Part shown: positions 55,273 to 64,000 of the stretch, piece after piece
How positions within the stretch are numbered: the first letter of the stretch is position 1
Layout: each line of letters begins with the position of its first letter
Origin: Vitrella brassicaformis CCMP3155
Taxonomy: Eukaryota; Protista; Chromerida
DNA: 64,000 nt
Assembly (NCBI GenBank): GCA_001179505.1
Contig: CDMY01000297.1
Coordinates: 1-64,000 of the forward strand
Direction of reading: 5' to 3'
Translations under genes and position numbers: made by a program
The notes under the pieces: model-generated
Database searches by the model: none
What the model was told of the DNA's origin: nothing
What the model saw: the letters and a program-made list of their open reading frames with translations, nothing else

Positions 55273-57577
55273 TGACGCATTGCATCGGTTGGGAGGGCGG
55301 AGAGGGAAGGAGGGTGGGATGGTCACTCACTCACTCACCCAGGCGAGCAGCACCGGAGACGAGGCGGTCCCAGTACTGCTGGCCGAGGGACTTGACCACA
55401 AAGTCTTTGTTGATGGGCAGCAGCGGGGCGATGTGCTGACGTACAAACACAAACAAACACATTTGATCCATAACAGGTGAGCATACCCACGCCAGCCAGG
55501 CCCCCTCGTGTGTGTGCGTGTGTACCTCGTCACTGTGATCGGACAGCACGGGCCCGTAGAGGGTGGCCAGCGTCTCGTCGATCAAGAAGTTGATCGGGTC
55601 CTTGGGCATCTTGGGGCTGGGCGTCAACTCCTCCACAACCTGCACACACACACACACACACACACACAGAGAGAGGGTGGATTAGTTGGTGTGCTGGTTG
55701 GTTGGTTCGTCTGACCTTGACGAGGTTGTTCTGGTGGCGCTCGACCAGCTCCAGTGCGGCGGGGAGGCTGGGCACCAGTCGGGGGCAGTTGGCGCCGCCG
55801 TTGAGCAGCGCCGCGGTGCAGAAGCCTCCTGAACACGCGCCCATTTGGTGTAGTGTGCCTGTGTATGTGTGTGCGGTGTGTCGGTGTGTCAGTGTGTACC
55901 GATCGACAGGCCGGGGTAGTGCTGGAGGATGTACTCACACACGTGCAGCGGCTTAACCACATCCCCCAGGCCGTCGGCGGGCTGGATGGCAATCTAAGTG
56001 AGCAACAACCGCACACACACAAACAGGACAGATGCCTTCTCCTGTCTGTCTGTGGTGTGGGTGTGGGTGTGGTGCGGTACTGACAATGATCCTGTAGACG
56101 ATGACACCAACCAGCCACAGCCACCATTGCCCGTTCTTCTTCTTCTTCTTGTTGAGTATGAAGATGAGGATGCAGCTGCACACACAACAGCACCACACAG
56201 AAACACAACAAGGACACACACACACGCATTGATTACATATCATCAATCGGGTGTGGTGTTTGTGGTGTCTGTGTCATCGCTCACATGATGATTATGATCC
56301 AGCCGTCGCACGCGCAGATGAGAATTGGGCTCACGGCGCCCTCGCCCAGCTCCAGGCCCGCCCTCAGTGCTTTAGACACGCACTCCAGTGCCGAGTCGCC
56401 GCCCGCAAACAGCACACGCACCTTGTCGCCCTTCTCGTGCTTGTCTATCCACTGCACACACACACAACACAACACAAGAGGCGCAATGTGTGTGTGTGTG
56501 TGTGTTTGGACGGTGTCTGCATGTGTGCATGGCATAGTGTGTATTTGGGTACATCGGCGAGTTGATAGTAGTGGGTGAACTTCTTGGGCCGCTGCGACCA
56601 GAGGAACTCCCGCACCCCGTCAGCCAGGAGCCGTACGGTGGCGGGTTTCGGGGTGCGGTCCATGACTCCAATCTGCACACACACAGACCACACACAACAC
56701 GTCAAAGCAACAAGATTCACACCGTGGGTGGATGAATGGATGGGCTGATGGCTGTGCGCTTGCTGACCGCCTTGAAACCCGGCCGGTCGAAGAACGGGTG
56801 CATTAAGCCCCACCAAATCTCCGGGTACGAGTCTTTCCCGCTCAGCCTGTATCTATTCTTCAAGCATGGCATTGAGGGCGTCGAATTTGAAGGCGTGCGA
56901 GTCCAGCTGGCAGACACGAAACCCACGCCAAAGACACACGGCAGTTCTCACTGCATTGGCCCGGTCCCACGCACCCAACGACCCACCTGAATGATTATGT
57001 TGCCGCAGAGGTCCTCCATTGCAGGCAGGTCGACGCCCTTCTTCTTGGCCCCGATGGCGGCGAAAAAATCCTGGTCCACCATCGCCCCATCTCCCTGACA
57101 AAGAGCGCCCGCCGCCTCTCTTCTTCCCTCTCCATCGCCTGGGCAGCCATGGCAGCTTCGAGCTGCTCGGTGCGCTGCCTCTCCTCCTCAAGCTCCCTCT
57201 CCCGCTCCTCGAGTTCTCGGTTTTTGTCGTCGAGTTGGTGCCGCAGCGCTGCATGCTCTCTCTCGACATCGCCGAGCCGCCTTCCTGGCATCTTGGTCTG
57301 CAAATCATGCACCAATTCAACGCAGTAGACGACCAGCGGGATAGCTGGGATTTCTTTCGGCACACAGAGAAGACCAGAAGAGCTGGCGGGTCTTCGACCG
57401 CCAGCAGCCTCTGACCGTGACCGAGGAGCATGCGCACCTTGTCCACTTTGCCGTCGGCCTGCGGCGGGCATCATCGAGAACAACAACATAGCCAGGGTGC
57501 GGGAACTGACTGGGCGGAACCAGAAGCTCAGGGTCTTCAGGCTGCTGGACCTGCTCGACGATGTCCATCGCTGCCAT
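55063..57577 (-). pseudogene. Unknown multi-exon family, copy 2 (coiled-coil N-terminus; paralog of 26250-29550)
   Basis: Segments MAAMDIVEQVQQPEDPE, LRHQLDDKNRELEERERELEEE, MVDQDFFAAIGAKKKGVDLPAMEDLC, DSHAFKFDALNAML (frameshift), IGVMDRTPKPATVRLLADGVREFLWSQRPKKFTHYY and GDKVRVLFAGGDSA. Several frame changes are needed to join them. Confidence 0.5.
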
Positions 57578-57878
57578 GTTGTGCTGGTGATGGACGATGC
57601 AAGGTCTTCAGAAAAGCGGTTCTCATTCGAAATGATGAGCAGAGACGGGGGGGGAACAGTCCCGTCTCTGTGAGAAGTGATTCTCGACGCGAGCTCGCAG
57701 CCCAGGGCCTCTCTCTCCAACGACCCAGATGGCCGCCCTTCCGGGCAATGCCGCTTCATCTGACGGATCAGTGGCGGAAGTGCTGGGATTGCGCAGCTCA
57801 TTTGAGGGTGCAAATGAGCTGAGGCGGAGGAGGGGAGGGTCGGGGGAAGGTGAAGGCGCCGACAGGACAGCACGAGTG

Positions 57879-59687
57879 ATGAGGGCCCTCAAAAGCTTCG
57901 ACATTTATCGGTGAGCCGAGCCAAGCCAGCTGCTGCTGACATTGCAATGAAGTTGTGTTGGATGTGACACTGTGCAGCAAAGTGCCGGTGGACTGCCGGG
58001 TGAAGACCCAGAGTGGCGGTGTCATTGCATGTCTGTGCTGGCTGACCATCGCGGCTCTCTTTCTGGGCGAGCTGCGAAGCTTCCTCAGAGTCGATATCGA
58101 GGACCACATCGTTGTCGGTAGGCAGGCCTGCTGGCCCAGCGGCACCCAGAGACGGCGGAGATCATCCTTTTGCAGATCGCCTGATGGAGCAGAAGCTCCA
58201 TATTCAGCTCAACATCACTTTTCCCAGCCTGCGATGTGTGGGTGACACAGAGAGAGACAGACCCACAGACAGGCAGACAGGCAGCCTGAGGAGAGGATGG
58301 GATGGATGTATGCATGTGTCATTGCAGAGATCTCTGTTGACACTGTCGATGTGCTGGAGGAGAACCAAGTCGATATCAATGGTCGGTCCAACACACGTAT
58401 GCACGCACATGTCTCCCATGATCTTGCGCTTCCATGTGTCTGCAGGAACATTGATGAAGGTGCCCCTCGACACCATGGAGACACTGCCAAGGCATATGGT
58501 GAGCCAGACACACGTCATGTATGCCTTTTCTCACGATCGCATGATATGACGTGCCATTTTCTCCCAGACCACGTGCCGTCTCCCGGCGAGTGTCTCTCGT
58601 GCTTTGCCGCGACAAACGCCAGAAGGAAGTACGCGAGACGGAGGCGGGACAGAACACGCGGGGTCTGCTCTCAATTCTTGCCATGTTTGATGCCTTGTGC
58701 AGGTGTTGCAATACCTGTCAAAGCCTCAAGGAAGCATACGCTGAAGTGAGCACGTGCCATGACGCCCACCATCATACTGTCGACGCCGAAGGCCTATTTT
58801 GTCCTTGTCCCCCTTGATGTTTGTCTGCAGGAGGGTCTCTCCTACTTTGACGTTGTCAATATCGCCCCGCAGTGCCAGGAAGCCATCGGGTGCGGTGTGT
58901 ATGGCGAGGTGGCCGTCAATAAAGTCGCAGGCAACATCCACGTGGCCCTCGGCAGGTCCACTGTCAAGAATGGAAAACACGTACATGAGGTCAGAGGAGA
59001 CAGGCAGGCAGGGCCACACCAATGGTGCATTCATCGTCTCCTTTGTTCAGTTCAACGTTCAGGACCTCACTGATGGCTTCAACACGTCCCACACCATACA
59101 CACGTAAGCACCCCGCCCCGCCCGACACACAAGTGGGCGGATGGCCGGTCTGTCTTCTTGTCCTTCATCGATGCACGCAGTCTGCGGTTCGGTGCGAGAG
59201 TGCCCGGCGTGAGTTCGCCCCTCGAGGGCACCTCACGCACAGTCCATCACGGGGCAGGCATGTTCCACTACTACATCAACCTGGTACCCACACAGTACTT
59301 CCCAAGCCGCGGCGGGCAGCCTCTCTACACAAACCAGGTATACTTGGTTCATTCAGGCCGACGGTTGGCCGTCGGAATGTGCGTGTCTCCCTGTGTTGAG
59401 TGCAGTACGCCGTGTCGATGTCGTACAAGAATGTGCTGGAGCTCAACGATCGGCTGACGGGGCTGCCCGGCGTCTTTCTGGTGTATGATCTGTCTCCCTT
59501 CATGGTCAACAAGGTGGAGCGTCGCGTGCCGCTGGTGCACTTCTTGACGTCGGCGACAGCCATCATCGGGGGCGTCTTCACGCTGTCCAGCCTGCTGGAC
59601 ACCCTCGTGTGGTCCTTGTCGCGTGTGTCGCTTGGCAGCGTGGTGCTGGGGGGGAGGGAGATGCAGGAGGCCATCAAGTACTCGTGA
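57879..59687 (+). CDS. ERGIC3: ER-Golgi intermediate compartment protein (ERGIC3/Erv46 family)
   Basis: LKSFDIYRKVP...KTQSGG + TM, KLHIQLNITFPSLRC, CLSCF...CCNTCQSLKEAY, GCGVYGEVAVNKVAGNIH, FNTSHTIHSLRFG, GMFHYYINLVPTQY and PGVFLVYDLSPFMV...FLTSATAIIGGVFT. Confidence 0.93.
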
Positions 59688-60013
59688 TGTGACGACTGTG
59701 CCTGCCTGCCTGCTGATGCAAGAGACACTGGTGACATGACGTGACGGCTGGATGGATGACCATTGAATTCACATTAATGGGAAGCTGGACGAGTGGATGG
59801 ATGGAGTCAGTCAGACAGACACACACGACAGCCACACCGCATGGCACATTCACGTTATGCCATATGAAGGCCAACAGGCAGCTATAGTGTACAGAGCAGC
59901 ATGCCGAAGCCAGCCTCCCTGTATGTCTGGCTGGCTGGCTGGCTGGCTGCAGCGCATGAATCCATTCATCCATATTGCTAGGGCAGGGCAGGGCAGCAAG
60001 TCAGTGAGTCAGT

Positions 60014-61959
60014 CAGTGGTATGTGATCTTGTCGGGCGGCAAGTGGCCCACATTGCCGAATTCGCGGGCAGACACGTAGCCCTGCAAAACACAGAACAAT
60101 TCACGCAACAAACACACAACACAGCAGCATTTTCTTTGTACTGCGTACATTGTTGTCGAGTGATAGCCTGGTGATGCCACAGTTGAAACACGCGAGCCTC
60201 AGCCACCCATTGGGGTTGAACTGCAGCGCCCGGGCGAAGAAATAACGAATCACGTTGCCTGCACACACACACACACACACGATGACGCACAGCCAACCAT
60301 GTCCGACTTCCGCCGATGCCTACATACCGTGTATGACGAATATCTCGTATTGGATTTGGTCCTTCTTTTCCTTGCCCAGGTTCGGCCCTGGGGGTGGGGG
60401 GTTGAGTAGGGGCCGCCAAAAGTACTTCTGGAAGGCGCGCTCGATACGGGGAGGGTCTCTGATGCACACACACACACACATGTTGACAGACGTGTGCATG
60501 TGTGAGCAGAGCACGGGTCGTCATGTGTCCCTCACTTGGCTTCGTCTTCTGGCGACGGTGACCAGTTTCTGGATGGCGGGTCGGGGATGGCCGGCACGCC
60601 CTCGGCCAGATCGGGGTCCTCGATCACCTCGACCTTCGGGAAATACTTCTGACGGATGAACGAATCAATACATGGCAGATGCAGGCACGTGTTGACGGAA
60701 ATGCATGCACGTGCTGTGCGTCGCTCACGGCTATGATGGCGGCGCTCTCGCGGGCCCTCTGATGATTGAAAGAATACAGGAGAGGTGTTACGTGGGGGAC
60801 GTGGCATCATGGCTGCGTTCGTTGTGGTGTATTGTGTTGTGGTGTCACGTCACCTTCATGTTTGAGTGGCAGATGGACATGACGATCTTGCCCTTCAGCA
60901 GCTCCTTTAGCCGCTGACCTGCCGATACGCATGCACATACGCACACTCAGACAGCACAGCACATCCAAGCGTCCTTCCTTTACCCTCTCATCGGCCCACC
61001 TGTGAGCTCCGCCTGTTCCTTGCCGATGTCAGTGAGGCCGTGCTTCTCGTCATCCTCCACCTCGACGTTGTCATACTGACCTAACACACACACACACACA
61101 CACACACGCGCGCGCGCGCACACACACACACACACATACATCCTCTCTGCTCTAGCTGAAGACATCCATGGTAACCCACTGAGTCACTGACGGACGCACC
61201 GTGTCTGATGAGGATGATCTCCCGTATGGCCCTGCGTGGCTTTGGCTTAGAGGGGTCCATCGGCCGTATGTCGGTGGGGGGGACGGGGTGGGGCGCCGGG
61301 TGCCAATCTAGATCCCAGTCGAAGTCCCATGAAGGGAACTGAAGCAGGCACACACATATACACAAAGAGGGACAACAGACATGAGTGCAGGAAGAGCGAG
61401 TGCAGCATCCATGGCAGTGCAGGGCAGGGCAGTGTGACGCATCTAAATAATCGTCCCGTCAGTTCGCCGGTAAAGGCTCTCAGCAGCGCTCATGCGTCAT
61501 GAGCGCTCAGAAGATAAAGAACCATTAATAAACCAATCATCAATCGGACAGCCTGGCTGCCCTGCCCGCCATGCCACCCTCCATCCCTCCCTCCCTGTCA
61601 GTGTCAGTCACCCTTTCCTCCTTGGGAAAGAGATACGAAGCCACGTAGTCATAGATGAACATGCCGGTCGCCGCGCCGATCAGCGCCATGGCCACAGGCA
61701 CCCATATGGGCGCCGGCGTCTTGCCGCCGCCCTCCCGCCTCTCACTCCTCGACTCGCCCTCCTCCTTCTGCTGCTGCAATGACTCAAACCGCGCCTTGTA
61801 GCTCCCAGCAAAGTGCCGCACTTGATGCATCGGGCCGGCGCGAAAGATGAACAGATGGCTCGTGCTCGAGAGGGCTCGATGGTGCAGATGCAGCACGCGC
61901 AGTGGTGGGCCCCGGCCGCCTCTGCTCGCTGCGAACAGGCGCACGCAGGAACGCCGCAT
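60014..61959 (-). CDS. PGAM5: PGAM5-like mitochondrial Ser/Thr phosphatase (histidine phosphatase superfamily)
   Basis: Arg-rich mitochondrial-type leader and a TM segment, then WDFDWD (WDxNWD-like motif), IILIRHGQY...LTDIGKEQAELTG, LAEG and VIHGNVIRYFFARALQF...FNCGIT...GHLPPDKITYH*. Confidence 0.9.
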
Positions 61960-62280
61960 CGTTTGCTGATCGGATCTTGCCGGATGCCGCACTCAGGAAG
62001 CCTCAATCTTCACGATCCAACCTTTTGCAGCCTGCGCGTTCCCCTGGCGATGCGTTCTCTCTCCTCTGGCACCTCTGCGAGCTTAGCCACTTCCACTTGC
62101 GAGCTGAGATTTCTCGAACAGGAGGAGGTGGATACTCCCCTGGCCAGCCCTGCTCATGCCGCCGGTATGCTTCCCGCTATCGACTCTGTAGCCTTGTAAG
62201 AAGAGCCTTGCAACAAGGCTTTCTCGGGTGGCTGTGGCTAGCAGACCCTCATTCAAGGCCTCCAAGCGGCTGTCCATGGC

Positions 62281-64000
62281 ATGAGGAGTGCGGCGGAGCC
62301 ATCTGAAATGGCTTCTGGCGGCGGGGAGGCGCTCAACACCGACAGGCACACCGGTGAGAGAGGGGCACACACATGGGAGTCTCAGCGCTGCGAGACGGTC
62401 TGCAGCACATTCTGCGCTGTGTGTGTGTGTTTCCATGTCGGTGACTGTGTCAGGTGATCCATCTATGAGTCAGAACGGCTACGTAGCGATGCCGCACTCT
62501 GAGCAGCCGTCTTGCTTCGCCACAGTGGCCAACCCTCTCACTAGTGGTCTGCCCCAGACCAACACGGCCACCACGACCATTCCTGCGTCGATGAATCTCC
62601 CCTTCCCGTCTCTGCTGGAAGCGTCGCTCGGGTTCGGTGGCCAGCCCATGCCTCCGATGGCTGGCCTGCCGCCGCTGTCCGCCCTGCCACCGCCCTTCCC
62701 CGGCTCCTCTTCTCAGTCGCTGCTGGGGCTGGGCGCCATGGACATGGACACTCTCACTTCGGCAATGAATCTGTCGATGCTGGGCGGCATGCCGCCATCG
62801 GCCTTCCCGCCACTCCCACCGCTACCCGACCAGCCGGCCAGCGAGAGCGCCTCTGCCTCGTCCTTCCCCCTTCCCCACCCCCATCTGCCCCCGCTCCCGC
62901 CCCCGCACCCTGGCTTCCCATTCATGGGCGGGATGCCCGTGCCGCCACAGCTGTCGCCGCCCGTCGGAATGAGTGGCAGTTCGGCCGGTGAGGACAACGG
63001 GCCGGTGGGCGGCATTGGGGGCGACGGGGGAGCCGGTGATGGGGGGCTGGTGGAGAATCTGATGATGCACTTCATGAAGGCCGGGAGTGGGGGAGGCGGT
63101 GGGGGTGGCGGTGAAGGGCAGGGCCAGATGATCGATTTGCAGCAGATCGCTGAGCAGCTGGCGGCCAAGGACCACATCGACCCCGCTAAAGCAGGTGAGT
63201 GAGACTAACAGCGGGGGGGAGACAGGGAGGTGCAGAGAGAGGTCTAGGCAGGCAGCCAGCCAGGAATGGAGGGAGGCAGGCAGCACGCACACCGGCCGAG
63301 CTCGGCTCAAACACCTCGAGTGGGTCCGGGGGTATGGTAGAGTGTGCCAGACAGACAGATGAGAGGGGCATGCACCAGCTGTCAGGGGCAGACAGGGAAG
63401 TCTCGAGCCTGCCCTCTGATGCCTGACCCACAATGGCTGCATGACCTTCATCTCTCTCTCTCTCTCTCTCCGCGCGTGTGTGTGTGTGGTCAGCGCACTG
63501 GACGCTTCAGCAGTGGACTGAGGAGATGCAGGCCCTGTTCGACAACAAGGGTCCTCCCCCCTTGCAGCACCAGCAGCCGATGCCGCCCGCCCCGGTGCTG
63601 CCTGCACCTGCTGTGCCGGGCCGCGGGGGCCACAATGTGCCGCCCGCCACGGCCGCGAGAGGCGGCAGAAGGATATCTCCATTGACTGGGTGAGGGAGGG
63701 AGGGAGGGAGGCGTCTACTCCCACGCGTATCCACCACCTGTGGTATGTTGTGTCGTGTTGCGTGTTCTGCAGTGAGCCTGAAACGAGACGCGGGCGCCCC
63801 TCACAGGACAAGAGCACCTACTTCTGCGGACTATGCCATGTATGTCAGTCAGTCAATGCACACCGCACCCTCACCACACAAACACACGTATGTGTCGCCC
63901 GTTGGTTGTGTCGTGGATGGATGGATGGATGGATGTGTTGTGCAGTCGCGCGAGACCCCCCAGTGGCGGTACTCGGGCCAGCTGCGGCTCTGCAACGCCT
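62281..64000 (+). CDS. GATA-like zinc-finger protein with a long Pro/Gly/Met-rich N-terminus; truncated by the window end
   Basis: Spliced C-terminal part reads GRPSQDKSTYFCGLCH-SRETPQWRYSGQLRLCNA(C), with phase-consistent introns. It carries the TPQWR and LCNA hallmarks of GATA fingers. Confidence 0.7.

Noticed and set aside
55853-56083. Plus-strand coding-like segment VLEDVLTHVQRLNHIPQAVGG with apparent splice sites
   Set aside because: The minus strand (IAIQPADGLGDVVKPLHVCEYILQHYPGLSI) splices in phase with the neighbouring minus-strand exons, so the plus reading is most likely a shadow.

Overview
This is an intron-rich eukaryotic genomic window. The short GT-AG introns are packed with (CA)n/(GT)n, (CATC)n/(GATG)n and (CAGA)n microsatellites, and there are three 300-N assembly gaps. 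Intron style and gene content point to a chromerid alveolate such as Vitrella brassicaformis (inference). Apparently intact multi-exon genes are: a pentafunctional AROM (shikimate pathway), a purine-type nucleoside hydrolase, an NCKX-type Na+/Ca2+ exchanger with PH-like motifs in its cytoplasmic loop, a ~1,600-aa ankyrin-CCCH-ARM protein, a FABP/lipocalin-like protein, ERGIC3/Erv46, PGAM5, a GATA-like zinc-finger protein running off the window end, and several ankyrin proteins. These are interspersed with frameshifted paralog fragments (two kinases, MORN, ricin-lectin protein, two copies of an unknown family) and a 5'-truncated RLE-type non-LTR retrotransposon with a 15-bp target-site duplication. 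The most striking feature is a stand-alone DIRS/Ngaro-type reverse transcriptase at 38180-39657. Its catalytic aspartates are intact, it is split by four host-type spliceosomal introns, it has no visible recombinase, RNase H or terminal repeats, and it sits head-to-head with the NCKX gene. It is a candidate domesticated RT. All exon models were built by hand, and coordinates for the gene ends flagged as uncertain are approximate.
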